Shown here: in pieces, positions 10,293 to 21,223 of the stretch
Layout of the letters: each line of letters starts with the position of its first letter
Position numbering within the stretch: the stretch's first letter is position 1
Source: a virus
DNA: 64,000 nucleotides
Strand: one strand, 5' to 3'
IMG/VR virus record: IMGVR_UViG_3300024301_000013
Location: 7,758-71,757 of that record
Translations under genes and position numbers: made by a program
Notes under the pieces: model-generated
The model's input: the letters and a program-made list of their open reading frames with translations, nothing else
What the model was told of the DNA's origin: nothing
Databases searched by the model: none

Positions 10293-11192
10293 ATGATATA
10301 CAAAAACAAAAGTGTCTCTGAATTATCCAATTCTACTGAAGTAAGGGGTTTCTTTGTTGATCAGAAAAAGTATCAACCTATTAAACCTGAAGAATGTATC
10401 TTTTTAGACATTGAAACTGTTGCTAATTATTCCAGTTACGAACAATTATCTCCAGAGCTTCAAAAGAGGTTTGAGATTAAACTAAATAGATGGATTAATT
10501 ACGATGATTCTGCAAAGAGTAAAATTATTGATGCTTTCTTTCAGGAGTTAGAAAAGGAAACTAATTTGATGAATGTGTTGGACGGCGAATCGCTTCTAAA
10601 AATTTATAAAAATCAAAAAGCAATTTCGCCTTCCAAGCGCTACATAGAAGTTGCAGGTCTATACCCAGAGTATGGAAAAATCATTTGTATCAGTATGGGC
10701 TTTATGAAAAACGGTGAATTCCAAACCATTTCTTTTGTAGGCAATGAATTAAAACTTCTAATGAATTTCCAATTCGGTATCACTAAACTGTATGAACGAA
10801 TTTCAAAAGAAAACGATGGAAATGTTTGGGTAGTAGGTCACAATATTAATTTCTTTGATGTTCCTTTTATCACAAAGAGAATGTCTTTGAATGGACTGTT
10901 AACCCCTGCATTCTTACACCAACCTTTCCAACAGCCTTGGAATAAGAGAATTATTGATACTGCAAGTGAATGGAGAGCTGGTAATGCAACTGGTGATGCT
11001 ACTTTAGAAACAATCTCCTTGAGCTTAGGATTTGAAAGTTCAAAATCAGGCAAAGTAAATGGAGAATCTATGGGACAATATTATTATTCCAAAGATTTCG
11101 ACGTTAATGAATTAGTCACTTATTGTGAAAGCGATGTTGTAAACGTTTACAAACTTTTCACTTATCTACAAAACTTAAAACAAGTAAAATAA
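10293..11192 (+). CDS. Stand-alone PolB-like 3'-5' exonuclease (DEDDy)
   Basis: FLDIET, GHNINFFDVPF, YCESDV motifs. Confidence 0.88.
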   Translation: MIYKNKSVSELSNSTEVRGFFVDQKKYQPIKPEECIFLDIETVANYSSYEQLSPELQKRFEIKLNRWINYDDSAKSKIIDAFFQELEKETNLMNVLDGESLLKIYKNQKAISPSKRYIEVAGLYPEYGKIICISMGFMKNGEFQTISFVGNELKLLMNFQFGITKLYERISKENDGNVWVVGHNINFFDVPFITKRMSLNGLLTPAFLHQPFQQPWNKRIIDTASEWRAGNATGDATLETISLSLGFESSKSGKVNGESMGQYYYSKDFDVNELVTYCESDVVNVYKLFTYLQNLKQVK

Positions 11193-11651
11193 ATGCAAAT
11201 TAAAGTAAGAAAATTATATCCAGATTCTATTCTGCCTACAAAAGCTAATTTGATGGACGTTGGCTTCGATGTTTACGCTCATTCTTTCGAAACCCAAGAC
11301 GGCTCTCTTGTAATTTATTTGGGAATAGCAGTTGAACCACCTGAAGGATATTATTTTGAATTAGCCCCTAGATCATCAATTAGTAAAACACCTTGGGTAT
11401 TTGCTAATTCAATTGGAATAATTGATCCGAATTATAGAGGTGAGTTACAAGTTAGAATGAAACCTGTTCATGAGATTGATGGTAATACTATTAAATATCG
11501 GAGAATCATTGATCATGGTTTCATGCGAGGAGATAGAGTCGGACAATTAATACTTCGGAAACACGAAGGGCAAAATTTTGAAATAGTAGAAACAGATAAC
11601 CTTTCTCTGACACAAAGAGGTGAAGGTGGTTTTGGTAGTACAGGAAAATGA
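11193..11651 (+). CDS. dut: Trimeric dUTPase
   Basis: GFDV, PRSSI, GIIDPNYRGE, GQLI, RGEGGFGSTG motifs. Confidence 0.95.
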   Translation: MQIKVRKLYPDSILPTKANLMDVGFDVYAHSFETQDGSLVIYLGIAVEPPEGYYFELAPRSSISKTPWVFANSIGIIDPNYRGELQVRMKPVHEIDGNTIKYRRIIDHGFMRGDRVGQLILRKHEGQNFEIVETDNLSLTQRGEGGFGSTGK

Positions 11652-12277
11652 TTATAGAACTATCTAAAATATCAGAGTTTATATCTTCCTCAAAAGAAGA
11701 TTTGTTAATAATAGGCCAACCAAAAGGCATAGGATTAACAACAGAGATTGTCACATTCTTTTGTGATGCCCTCTTCTTTGAGGAAGATTGCTCTATATTA
11801 ATTCTTTGTGATGACACTAAATCTAAAAGCTATATTATTAATTTAGCTAAAGATATTTTAAGTTTAAATTATAGTTATGATGCAACATACGATTATAACA
11901 ATAACTTTATGAAAGTGTATAATAATGTACTTTCAGTTATAGCTTATAAAAAGTATGATAAGTCTAATTTCACAACAGATAAAGTAGATTTTAAATTCAA
12001 ATATTCTTATGTTGATAAAGACGATAATAATGATCTTTTAAACTATTATATTAGTGTTTATTTACCTCCTATAAGTAAACAGATGATTGTAGCTACTTAT
12101 GATACACCAACTAGTCTTTATTATATAGGTGATTTTGAAGGGAAAATTAAGAAAGTTATAGTCAACTCTGAAAACCAAAAAGAAAATATTTCAAAGATGT
12201 ATGACAATGAAGTTTATACATTAGAATACGAAACTATCTTAAAAGGAAAATTTAACAATGAAATTCACAATAAATAA
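11648..12277 (+). CDS. Hypothetical protein, weak degenerate P-loop-like N-terminus
   Basis: ORF; LLIIGQPKGIGLTT only loosely resembles terminase-type ATPase starts. Confidence 0.55.
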   Translation: MIIELSKISEFISSSKEDLLIIGQPKGIGLTTEIVTFFCDALFFEEDCSILILCDDTKSKSYIINLAKDILSLNYSYDATYDYNNNFMKVYNNVLSVIAYKKYDKSNFTTDKVDFKFKYSYVDKDDNNDLLNYYISVYLPPISKQMIVATYDTPTSLYYIGDFEGKIKKVIVNSENQKENISKMYDNEVYTLEYETILKGKFNNEIHNK

Positions 12278-13145
12278 GGATTCGAGCATTATCAAATATA
12301 AGTTATCAGATGTAGTTAAGGCTGTTAAAAAGGATACCTTTGAAAACCCCCAATTCGACTTTGATAGCAACTACACTCTTATGATGTTTTTTAGTTATTT
12401 TATTGATTTAGCTGAAAAAGAGAATGATGAACAAAGTGTAAATATTTTAAAAAGTTATATACTAAACCAAGTATCAAAATTACCAGTAGAATATGAAAAA
12501 ATTGTTGATAAATGTTTAGATTTGTTGGAGTACGACAAAGACTTGGAACAGATGTTTAAAAGTTCTTCAGTTGAAGTAATAACAGCATTCTTTTATCATC
12601 CTTTTTCTAGTTTTATCTACGACGAGTTGTTTTTATTCTACGATAAAGCACCTATCACTGAAGTTCTAAAGGAGAAATTTAAGACAGATAATTTTTCACA
12701 AATTACTTATGAATTGAATTTGGATGTATCCAAAAAAATTAAAGAAAAGTTAGGGGAAGAAAAATATAAAAGTGTGATAACAGACGAGGAAATAAAAGAA
12801 TATGAAGAAGCTCTAAAAGAGCAAAAGAAGTCGAAATCAGAGTTAGTAATTAATCGTAACCCTAACGACTTAAATGAAGCAGTGGAAGTTTTAATTGATA
12901 TGTTTGATAATAACGATTCTTTAAAACAGGTGGATATTAATTTGGAGGAATCAACTGAAGTCTTTACTAGCATGTTATTTTTCCATATTTACGATGTTTT
13001 ACTATTTAGCTTTAAATTATATGATCCGAAAACAAAACTAGTCAAATATTTTAAAAAGGAAAAAAACATTGAAGATCCATACACAATGATTTTTATAATG
13101 TTGAAAACCTTTGTTAATTATGTAAAATTGAAAAAATCAATTTAA
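12258..13145 (+). CDS. Hypothetical protein
   Basis: ORF track, overlaps previous stop. Confidence 0.65.
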   Translation: MKFTINKDSSIIKYKLSDVVKAVKKDTFENPQFDFDSNYTLMMFFSYFIDLAEKENDEQSVNILKSYILNQVSKLPVEYEKIVDKCLDLLEYDKDLEQMFKSSSVEVITAFFYHPFSSFIYDELFLFYDKAPITEVLKEKFKTDNFSQITYELNLDVSKKIKEKLGEEKYKSVITDEEIKEYEEALKEQKKSKSELVINRNPNDLNEAVEVLIDMFDNNDSLKQVDINLEESTEVFTSMLFFHIYDVLLFSFKLYDPKTKLVKYFKKEKNIEDPYTMIFIMLKTFVNYVKLKKSI

Positions 13146-13148
13146 CTG

Positions 13149-13180
13149 AAAACCGCCACTTTTAATGGCGGTTTTTATTT
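13149..13180 (+). terminator. Rho-independent terminator
   Basis: AAAACCGCCA-cttttaa-TGGCGGTTTT followed by T tract. Confidence 0.85.
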
Positions 13181-13217
13181 ATTATCACTATATTTAAAAC
13201 GAAAAAGTTTTGTTAAT

Positions 13218-13826
13218 ATGACTTATATCTTAGATGAAAAAAATACCAATACTACGTATGATAGCTATTTTAGCGTCGTAGGTAAAAAAAATATGCCTAC
13301 AAATCAACTAGACGAAATTCAATTATTAGATGTTTCAGAATCGTTTCAAAAATTGAAAAAGTATTTTTCAAAAGTTACTTACGAATACTTTTCGATTAAT
13401 GAACGTAAAACAATATTAGAATATCTTATTTCTAATTATGCTTCTAAACAATTAAATGTTTTTGCTGAATACAGGGATTTAGATTATAAAATAACAGATA
13501 AGAAAGAACTACTAAAATACTTTTGTTATCATTTGATTATTTTATATTCCGATTACAAATATCAAGAAGATGAGAGCTACAATCCTTTAAAAGTTATTAA
13601 TGAATTGGAAACAGCATTTCTTTCTGATAAAGAGAATGGGTATAAGATGGCTGATTTTTATTTGCAGTCAAAAAAGATTTTTTCAAACTTACCTATGTCT
13701 GAAATAGTAAAGATAAGATTGGAAGATTCATTGATATTAATATCTTTAAAAGAGGATCTTAAGATTCAATTTAATTTAGTAATATATTATTTGATTTTAC
13801 TAAATAATTTTGACCCCTTTTTGTAA
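13218..13826 (+). CDS. Hypothetical protein
   Basis: ORF track. Confidence 0.65.
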   Translation: MTYILDEKNTNTTYDSYFSVVGKKNMPTNQLDEIQLLDVSESFQKLKKYFSKVTYEYFSINERKTILEYLISNYASKQLNVFAEYRDLDYKITDKKELLKYFCYHLIILYSDYKYQEDESYNPLKVINELETAFLSDKENGYKMADFYLQSKKIFSNLPMSEIVKIRLEDSLILISLKEDLKIQFNLVIYYLILLNNFDPFL

Positions 13827-13864
13827 AAAAAAGCCGCAACATAATAATATGCTGCGGCTTTTTC
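13827..13864. terminator. Bidirectional terminator between convergent genes
   Basis: AAAAAGCCGCA...TGCGGCTTTTT stem with A and T tracts. Confidence 0.85.
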
Positions 13865-13878
13865 ATTTTTGTCAAATT

Positions 13879-14112
13879 TTATTTCTTAGAAGTAGGCTTT
13901 AATTCTTTAAAACTTCTAACTTCCTCCTTCAAACTTCTAACTTCTTCTTGTACGGCGCTGTGATCAAAAAGTTGCCATACAGCACCAGCTACCGACATAA
14001 GAATACCGATTAGCATATTTACTGATTCTTGGTCTTTCCAACCCATACCTACTGCGATAGCACCAGCTACCATTAAAATTTGACGCAAAATGTCAAGTGT
14101 GAACCATTTCAT
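13879..14112 (-). CDS. Small two-TM membrane protein, putative holin
   Basis: Two hydrophobic helices plus charged tail with EEVRS[LF]K tandem; resembles Pam3 gp28-type putative holins. Confidence 0.55.
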   Translation of the reverse strand: MKWFTLDILRQILMVAGAIAVGMGWKDQESVNMLIGILMSVAGAVWQLFDHSAVQEEVRSLKEEVRSFKELKPTSKK

Positions 14113-14177
14113 AGTTAAAAAAAAATTTTTTGATTATATTTGTGTGAGAACTTCATATAGATTACTCGTATATAAAT

Positions 14178-15704
14178 ATGCTATACTTTTACAGTACAAG
14201 AAAAAAATCAGAAGAAAATAGAAAAAAAATTTTCCATTCTCTAAAATCAGATGTAAAAATCGTTGAATTTGAAAATAACGGTCAATATTCTTTAACACAG
14301 GCTTATAATAAGGCATTAGATATGTGTGAAGAAGATGAGATATTAGTTTTAGCTCATGATGATATAAATTTACCCTCTGGCTGGGATTTAAAAATAAGAG
14401 AATTATTTGAAACAACAGATTATGGTATTATAGGTATGGCTGGTTCAGCTTCTTTACCTAAGAGCGGTGTTTGGTGGGAGAACAGATCAGACTTAGCTGG
14501 TATTGTTTCACATGAAAGAGTAGTAAATGGTAAATTAGTAAAGTACGATTCTGAATTTTCTAGTAACCATGATTTTGTTATGAATGTTTGTGTGTTGGAC
14601 GGCGTTTTTATTGCTCTAAAAAAAGATAGGATAAAAAAACGCTTTAATGAAGACATTAAAGGATTTCATTATTACGATGTTAGTTTTACAGTTGATAATT
14701 TCTTAGAAGGTGTTAAAATAGGTGTTACAACTGCCTTTAAAATTCACCACAAAAGTGTAGGTGAGGTTAACAATTCTTGGCATTATAATAGAAACGTGTT
14801 TACTCAAATGTATGCAGATAAACTACCAATAGAAACTAAACCTATTTTGTCAGAAATAGTAAAAGTAAATCCCGTACAAGTTGCAGCTATATCTGTTGGT
14901 GTAATCATCTTAACAAAAGATAAAATCAATTATCTTACTAAATGTATTGATTCTTTAATAAAGAAAACTAATAAAAATATTTCTTTGAATATCGTTGTTG
15001 GGGATACAGGTTCTTCTGAAGAATCCTTAAAGTCCTTAGATGAGTATTTTAAAACAATAGAAGAAGAGCAACATAAAAATGTTAAATTAACTCTACATAA
15101 ATTAGAGTTTTACAATTTTGCCAAAAATAATAATGAAATAGTAAAAAAATATTTTACAGACGAAGAACTTCTCTTATTTTGCAATAATGATATTCAATTA
15201 ATAAATAATGCCTTAGATTTGATGGTATTAACTTACCAGAAAAATAAGCAGAGATGCGGTACAATTGGGTGTAGATTGCTTTATCCTAATTTGAAAGTTC
15301 AACATGGAGGTATTATTTTGTATGTAGACAAAAATAAACGTTTAGGGGCATCACATTATGGTTTGAAGAGTTATTATTCTTTTAATAGTAGATTATCTTC
15401 TAATATGGTTGGATGTACAGGTGCTTTTTTACTAATGAATAAAAAGTCTTTTGAAAAAGTTAATGGTTTTAATGAAAACACCGTGGAATGTTTTGAAGAC
15501 GTTGTTTTAAATATAGACGCAATAGCTAAACTAGACAAAACAAACTTTTATCAAGGCGACGCTGTTTGTTATCACTATGAATCTTTAACTAGAGATGAAT
15601 CCCCAGATAAATTTGAAAGGATAGGTAAAGATTTTATAAATGTTTTACAGCCAAAAATTTTAGAAAATAAAAATAAATTAAAAAATTATATCGTGATACT
15701 ATGA
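14178..15704 (+). CDS. Double GT2-domain glycosyltransferase
   Basis: N-domain LAHDD, LDGVF, FHYYD; C-domain VIILTKD, GDTGS, FCNND, GCTGAFL, FEDV. Confidence 0.88.
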   Translation: MLYFYSTRKKSEENRKKIFHSLKSDVKIVEFENNGQYSLTQAYNKALDMCEEDEILVLAHDDINLPSGWDLKIRELFETTDYGIIGMAGSASLPKSGVWWENRSDLAGIVSHERVVNGKLVKYDSEFSSNHDFVMNVCVLDGVFIALKKDRIKKRFNEDIKGFHYYDVSFTVDNFLEGVKIGVTTAFKIHHKSVGEVNNSWHYNRNVFTQMYADKLPIETKPILSEIVKVNPVQVAAISVGVIILTKDKINYLTKCIDSLIKKTNKNISLNIVVGDTGSSEESLKSLDEYFKTIEEEQHKNVKLTLHKLEFYNFAKNNNEIVKKYFTDEELLLFCNNDIQLINNALDLMVLTYQKNKQRCGTIGCRLLYPNLKVQHGGIILYVDKNKRLGASHYGLKSYYSFNSRLSSNMVGCTGAFLLMNKKSFEKVNGFNENTVECFEDVVLNIDAIAKLDKTNFYQGDAVCYHYESLTRDESPDKFERIGKDFINVLQPKILENKNKLKNYIVIL

Positions 15705-16378
15705 AAAAAAAGGTAGCAATAACAATAAATGATGTTATTAGAAGATATTATGATACTTTTAAAGAGGTTTATAATGTTTATTTAGATGAAGAGGATCAAT
15801 TTAATGATGAAAAGATTGAAAGAAAAGAAGACTTTGAGTTTGGAATTTTAGATGATGAAGGTGATATTCAAGAAATTACGGAAAATAAAATCGAAAAAAA
15901 AATCCTAAATTTGGAAGGTAAGGTTGATCCGATGTATATAACATCTAAAATCGAGTTTGAGTCAAAGGACTTTTTTCTTAGATTTTTATATGAGCAGATG
16001 AGTTTTGAAATAGGTGCTAAAACTAATGTAACTTACAAAGATGTCATTAACGACTTTCATGAACTGCAAAATCATTTTAATTCAAAAGGCATAGTTTTGG
16101 ATTTGGTTTCGATGGAAGTGGGTAATAGTAAACCAGCTACTTTATTCTTTTTATCGAGAGAAAAATGCAAATTAAATAATTTGAGGTTTGTTAGTTCTTA
16201 TGAAGAAATTTGGGAAGATTATAAAATGATTATTACAGCTGATAATTTTATAATTGAGAAAAAACCTAAAAATAAAAAACTCCTTAGAATAGAAACTGAA
16301 AATAATAAAGAATTAAAACAAGGAAAAAAATTCAATAATTTAAAAGAAATAGTAAACTATTTAAAAAATGGAAAATAA
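15701..16378 (+). CDS. HAD/5'(3')-deoxyribonucleotidase-like protein with degenerate motif I
   Basis: KVAITINDVIR in place of xGIDIDGVL; overall layout similar. Confidence 0.5.
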   Translation: MKKKVAITINDVIRRYYDTFKEVYNVYLDEEDQFNDEKIERKEDFEFGILDDEGDIQEITENKIEKKILNLEGKVDPMYITSKIEFESKDFFLRFLYEQMSFEIGAKTNVTYKDVINDFHELQNHFNSKGIVLDLVSMEVGNSKPATLFFLSREKCKLNNLRFVSSYEEIWEDYKMIITADNFIIEKKPKNKKLLRIETENNKELKQGKKFNNLKEIVNYLKNGK

Positions 16379-17471
16379 AGAAATAATAGAAAAATTGGTG
16401 GAATTAAAAGGTAAAATCCTAGACAAGAAAGGTAGGTTATTTTTCTTTGTTGCTGACACCAACGGCACACCAATGGCTTCAATTGAATATATCTATAGAG
16501 TAGCTGGTATCATGAGTGATGAGGGTTACGATGTAATTATGTTACACGAAAAAGAAAAATTCATCGGGGTTCAAAATTGGATGGGTGAAAAGTATTCAGG
16601 TTTGAAACATATTTCACTTGAAACTATGAATCAAAACCCAGAGTACCAAATAAACGGTGCAGATACTTTTTTCATTCCTGAACTGTACGCGGATTTGATT
16701 AAAAAACTATGGGAAACTAAATTACCATCTGATACAGTTGTTATTTGTCAATCACATAGTTTCATTTTTAAATATATGAATGCTGGGGAAAGTTGGAATT
16801 TTTACGGTGTGGATCATGCGATAACTACATCAAATAAAATGAAGACTTTTTTGAAGGAGTACCAACCAGTAAAAAATATTCATGTTATAAATCCCTTTAT
16901 ATCTGATGTTTTTTCGCCGTCCACCACCCCCCAAAAACCTATTATTTCAATTATTAGTAGAAATCAAGAGGACATAGAAAGAGTAGCTAAATTATTTTAT
17001 CAAAAATATCCAATGTATTCTTGGATATCATTTAGAACTCTCGGTAATATGCCTAAAGAAGACTTTGCTAATACTTTAAAGGAAACATGTTTATCTATTT
17101 GGTTAGACGATTATGCTACTTTTGGTACGTTTCCTCTTGAGTCAATGAAATCTGGTGTACCAGTTCTAATTAAAATTCCTGATCTAATACCTGAATGGGC
17201 TGAATCAATAGAAGAAGATAGAATCAAATTAAGTGATAATGCTATCTATGTTTCAAATATATTATCAATCCCAGATTATATTGCCCGTTTCATGGAAACT
17301 TGGTTGTTAGGTGAAGTTCCTCAAAAGATGTATGATAACATGCAGTCAACTGTTGAACCTTACACTGAAACTAATTTTATAGAACAAACAAAAGCAGTAT
17401 TTGGAACTATCTTTCAAAGCAAATTAGAAAAAGTAAATCAAACAATTAAAAAATACGAAGATGAGCAATAA
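16368..17471 (+). CDS. Glycosyltransferase, GT-B fold
   Basis: FIPE; FGTFPLESMKSGVPV donor-binding motif. Confidence 0.75.
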   Translation: MENKEIIEKLVELKGKILDKKGRLFFFVADTNGTPMASIEYIYRVAGIMSDEGYDVIMLHEKEKFIGVQNWMGEKYSGLKHISLETMNQNPEYQINGADTFFIPELYADLIKKLWETKLPSDTVVICQSHSFIFKYMNAGESWNFYGVDHAITTSNKMKTFLKEYQPVKNIHVINPFISDVFSPSTTPQKPIISIISRNQEDIERVAKLFYQKYPMYSWISFRTLGNMPKEDFANTLKETCLSIWLDDYATFGTFPLESMKSGVPVLIKIPDLIPEWAESIEEDRIKLSDNAIYVSNILSIPDYIARFMETWLLGEVPQKMYDNMQSTVEPYTETNFIEQTKAVFGTIFQSKLEKVNQTIKKYEDEQ

Positions 17472-18240
17472 ATTAACAGTAATAATACCAATACATAAAG
17501 TAGACATAGATGAAAGCTATTTGATTAGTATGTTTGAATCTTTGTCTGTGCAGGACAATAAAAACTTTGATGTTTTAATTGCTACATTTCCTGATTTACA
17601 AAGTCAGATTAATTTAGCTAATAAATTCGATGTTAAATTGTCTTTTTTGGATTTACCAGAGGAATTGAAAGATATTTACCCCAATTATACAGAGGTAATT
17701 AATTTCGCCGTCCACTCCGTAAATACAGAGTACTTCACAATATTACAATACGATAATGTATTAAATAATACGTTCGTTCATTTCGTAGAAGAATACTCAA
17801 CAGCATATCCAACAGTTTCAGTTTTTATGCCTATCACACTAGAATTCGACGGAGAAACCTTTGTGAGAACTGCAAACGAAGTAGCTTGGACCGTCAATTA
17901 CACCGAAAAGCAAGGGTATTTAGATTTTGAAACCCTTAAAAAATTACCTATATTCTCTTTTGTTTCTGCTATATACAAGACTGAAACGTTCCTTGAAAAT
18001 AACGGCTATAAACATAGCATAAAAAAGTATTTTGAATACGAATATTTTTTGAGAATACTTAATCAGCTAGCAGAAGTAATGGTTATTCCTAGGTTTATGG
18101 TGAGACATACCGTTAACAGACAAAATAGCTTATCTACTTATTATGATGATCAAGATAAACTTGAAATGAAGTTTTATCAAGATCTAGCAAAAAAAGAATA
18201 TTTCTTCCCTGAAGATAGACAAATTACATACGAAGGTTAA
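17461..18240 (+). CDS. GT2-family glycosyltransferase-like protein
   Basis: LTVIIPIH, INFAV..VNTEYFTILQYDN, YEYFLR. Confidence 0.7.
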   Translation: MSNKLTVIIPIHKVDIDESYLISMFESLSVQDNKNFDVLIATFPDLQSQINLANKFDVKLSFLDLPEELKDIYPNYTEVINFAVHSVNTEYFTILQYDNVLNNTFVHFVEEYSTAYPTVSVFMPITLEFDGETFVRTANEVAWTVNYTEKQGYLDFETLKKLPIFSFVSAIYKTETFLENNGYKHSIKKYFEYEYFLRILNQLAEVMVIPRFMVRHTVNRQNSLSTYYDDQDKLEMKFYQDLAKKEYFFPEDRQITYEG

Positions 18241-18267
18241 CTCCTTTTATTTTTTAATCTAAATTAA

Positions 18268-19041
18268 ATGGCAAAAAGAGGACGTAAACCGAAAAACGAA
18301 AATGTAGAAGCAAATCCACTTTCAGGGTACTTTTCAACCGAACAAGAACAGGCTGTTGTAAGATATTTAAAGTCTACTTCAGAGGAAGAAAAGAATCAAA
18401 TTTATAACGATTTATTAAAGAAACCTTTAGAAAAAATGACGGAATCAATAATAAATCGTTATAAATTGTATAGCGCTAAAATGTCATACAAAGATTTATT
18501 TGATGATACTTTATCGTTTTTACACATGAAGATACACATGTTTGATCCTGATAGAGGTAAAAAATCATTTTCGTATTTCGGAACAATAATAAAAAGACGG
18601 CTCCAAAATAATCGTAAAAAAGAAACGAAAGATAAAAAGAAAGTTATTCTTTATGATGATGTTTATAGGACCGTTTCAGAGGGTCAAGATATCGTAGATG
18701 AAGAATACACTGAAGATTCTTTGATGCACCAATTTTTTAACCTAATAGTTATTGAAATAGAAACATTGCTTGAAACAACTACTTTAGATGTTAATATTGA
18801 AAAGTATGGTTTGAAAGAATCAGATATAAAGGTTGGTATAGCTATAATAGAGATAACAAAGAGTTGGGATAAAATCTACTTAGACGATACAAAGAAATTC
18901 AAAAAGAATTTCATTTTGGAATGTATCAGAAACATGACGTTATTAAATACAACACAAATTAGTCAAAGTTTAAAATTTTATAAAAACTTCTATAATAAAA
19001 AGAAAAAGAAATTTCTAAAAGAGTTGGAAGATGATTTGTGA
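18268..19041 (+). CDS. Sigma-like late transcription factor (T4 gp55-like)
   Basis: YF..EQEQAVVRY and FDPDRGKKSFSYFGTIIKR resemble sigma region 2 of gp55-type factors. Confidence 0.65.
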   Translation: MAKRGRKPKNENVEANPLSGYFSTEQEQAVVRYLKSTSEEEKNQIYNDLLKKPLEKMTESIINRYKLYSAKMSYKDLFDDTLSFLHMKIHMFDPDRGKKSFSYFGTIIKRRLQNNRKKETKDKKKVILYDDVYRTVSEGQDIVDEEYTEDSLMHQFFNLIVIEIETLLETTTLDVNIEKYGLKESDIKVGIAIIEITKSWDKIYLDDTKKFKKNFILECIRNMTLLNTTQISQSLKFYKNFYNKKKKKFLKELEDDL

Positions 19042-19062
19042 TATTTATAAAAAAACAATACT

Positions 19063-19455
19063 ATGAAAAGCAAGGTACCTGCAACACTAGATGGTTTACT
19101 GGAAAGAATCCAGCTTACTTTCAATGATCTGGAAAGACAAGAAAAAAGAGCTTTAAGTATGCTAAGGAAAAGAGAAGAAGAAATCCTTGCTAAGAAAGAA
19201 GCTGAAGATTCTTCTGATTTATCAAGATCCTTGAAAGAAATTGAAATTTTAGATTCACTTTCCAATAAAACCCTTGATATTATCAACACCAACAATAAAA
19301 ATAAAATTGATTTGGTGAAGTTTTACGGTAATGCTATTCTCAACCGAAATGATGAAGTTAAATCAAAAGCTGAAGATTCAGAAAATGAAAATGAAGCAAT
19401 CTTAACTGATAAGGAAATAGAAAGCATTCGTAACAACTTAAAATTAAAAATCTAA
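19063..19455 (+). CDS. Hypothetical coiled-coil protein
   Basis: ORF track. Confidence 0.65.
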   Translation: MKSKVPATLDGLLERIQLTFNDLERQEKRALSMLRKREEEILAKKEAEDSSDLSRSLKEIEILDSLSNKTLDIINTNNKNKIDLVKFYGNAILNRNDEVKSKAEDSENENEAILTDKEIESIRNNLKLKI

Positions 19456-19485
19456 ATAATCAATAGAAATTATCTTTGAGTTAAA

Positions 19486-20802
19486 ATGCCCATAAATTTA
19501 AAAAAGGATTTACTTCAAAAAATAGAAAATCTGAAAGCAACTAATGAGGCTTTCTCTAAGATAATTTCTTTTGATTCTTTGTCTTCTGTATCCAAAGAAA
19601 ACTCTTTGAGTTTTGTTATGGATTTATTTGTATCTATGTACGGTGGTAAAAAAATGAAATCAGAATTTATAAAATTCTTGGTTTCAGAACTTAAAAGTTT
19701 AGGTGATGACTTGTTTAAATATTTTAAGGAAAATATTGTTAAATACTATCAATGTAAAACAGATACTATATTACCAGCAGCTTTTTTTGAATTTAAGACT
19801 TATAAGGTTAAAGAGTTAGATTTCTTTGGTTTACTTAAAATAAATCCAGATAGTGATTTAGGTAAAAATTTTTATGTTAATCACATTTATAATTTAGATA
19901 AAGTACTTTACCAAGCAATTAATGATGAAGGTATTGAATATAATTGGCAATCAATTTTAATTGTCAAATATGTTAACCAAGAATTATATGTCAAATTGCA
20001 CCCATCACTACAAGGTAAAACAATTTACGATTTTGTAAATGCTTATCTTAGTAACACCGTTTTCTTTGACGACATTAAAATAATTTCAGATATAACTGAT
20101 AGCATCTTTGGCGTTGTTACTTCTAAACTAAAAGATACAATTTCTAATTTTTCTAAAAAGAATTTATCTAATCAAATTGAGTTAGAATTAATATTGGATA
20201 ATATTTTAGATAACTTAACTGTAGATGATTCTTTCTTCACTTTTGATACGGAAGATATAAATGATAGAATTGAAAAAAGAAAAAGTGGTTTTTATGAATT
20301 TGTGGATTGTGATATAAATTATGTCAAATACGATTATAATTTATTACAATCTTTTATTAGTGATTTATCTAACGTTTCACAGTATAATGAAGAGATTTAT
20401 ACTGTTAATTTTGATTATATGATAAATCAAACTTCAGGTACGGTTTTACCTTCTGATAAGCAAGCCTATTCAGATAACTTATTTAAGACGTTCTTTAAGA
20501 CACTTATTAAATCGGTATCTGGAAGTATATTGAGCCCTAAAACAATTTTATTTATTAGATTGTTTGCTAATATGTCTACGAGTGTCACCTTATCACCTGA
20601 CTTTAAGGAATTTTTTAAAGAACATAAAAATTTCTTAATAGAAATAATTAAAAAACATATAATTCAAGCGGTTATTAAATATTTGATATTCATTATTATT
20701 AGAGAAATAAATGAATTAATCAGAGAAAATAATTTAAAAAAAGAACAAGAACAGCTTAGATTATATATCTTACAAATTAGATCACTATTATCAATATTAT
20801 AA
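19486..20802 (+). CDS. Hypothetical protein, probably virion-associated
   Basis: 438-aa ORF next to baseplate genes. Confidence 0.65.
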   Translation: MPINLKKDLLQKIENLKATNEAFSKIISFDSLSSVSKENSLSFVMDLFVSMYGGKKMKSEFIKFLVSELKSLGDDLFKYFKENIVKYYQCKTDTILPAAFFEFKTYKVKELDFFGLLKINPDSDLGKNFYVNHIYNLDKVLYQAINDEGIEYNWQSILIVKYVNQELYVKLHPSLQGKTIYDFVNAYLSNTVFFDDIKIISDITDSIFGVVTSKLKDTISNFSKKNLSNQIELELILDNILDNLTVDDSFFTFDTEDINDRIEKRKSGFYEFVDCDINYVKYDYNLLQSFISDLSNVSQYNEEIYTVNFDYMINQTSGTVLPSDKQAYSDNLFKTFFKTLIKSVSGSILSPKTILFIRLFANMSTSVTLSPDFKEFFKEHKNFLIEIIKKHIIQAVIKYLIFIIIREINELIRENNLKKEQEQLRLYILQIRSLLSIL

Positions 20803-21209
20803 TGGAGAACATTGATTTTACAGATATAGAACAACTATTAGCATATCTAAATTCATTTTTAGATAAAGGTATTAGTAAACCCGCTAATGTACCTCCACCT
20901 TTAATATTATTAGGTGCGGAGAATAAAAAGGGATTGTCTGTTAGAGATATTACTAAGGAAATATTAAATAAAAGGCAAAAGCTAGGCTTACCTGTTAGTT
21001 TATTACCAGATGGAAGTGAATCTTTAGCAGATAAGGGGTTGTACGTTATTGTTGAAACTATTGTTGAACATATTATAAAAAATGCCAAAGTAACAGTTGT
21101 TATACCTGCTGGCGTTCCAGTAACAAGTAATGGCTTTGCTGGTGCTATCCCTGTAGTTACCCAAGGTATAACTACCACTTATGCAATAGGAAAAGGAATA
21201 ATTCAATAA
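20802..21209 (+). CDS. Hypothetical protein, probably baseplate-associated
   Basis: TAATG coupling to previous gene; beta-rich C-terminus. Confidence 0.6.
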   Translation: MENIDFTDIEQLLAYLNSFLDKGISKPANVPPPLILLGAENKKGLSVRDITKEILNKRQKLGLPVSLLPDGSESLADKGLYVIVETIVEHIIKNAKVTVVIPAGVPVTSNGFAGAIPVVTQGITTTYAIGKGIIQ

Positions 21210-21223
21210 ACATATTTATCAAT

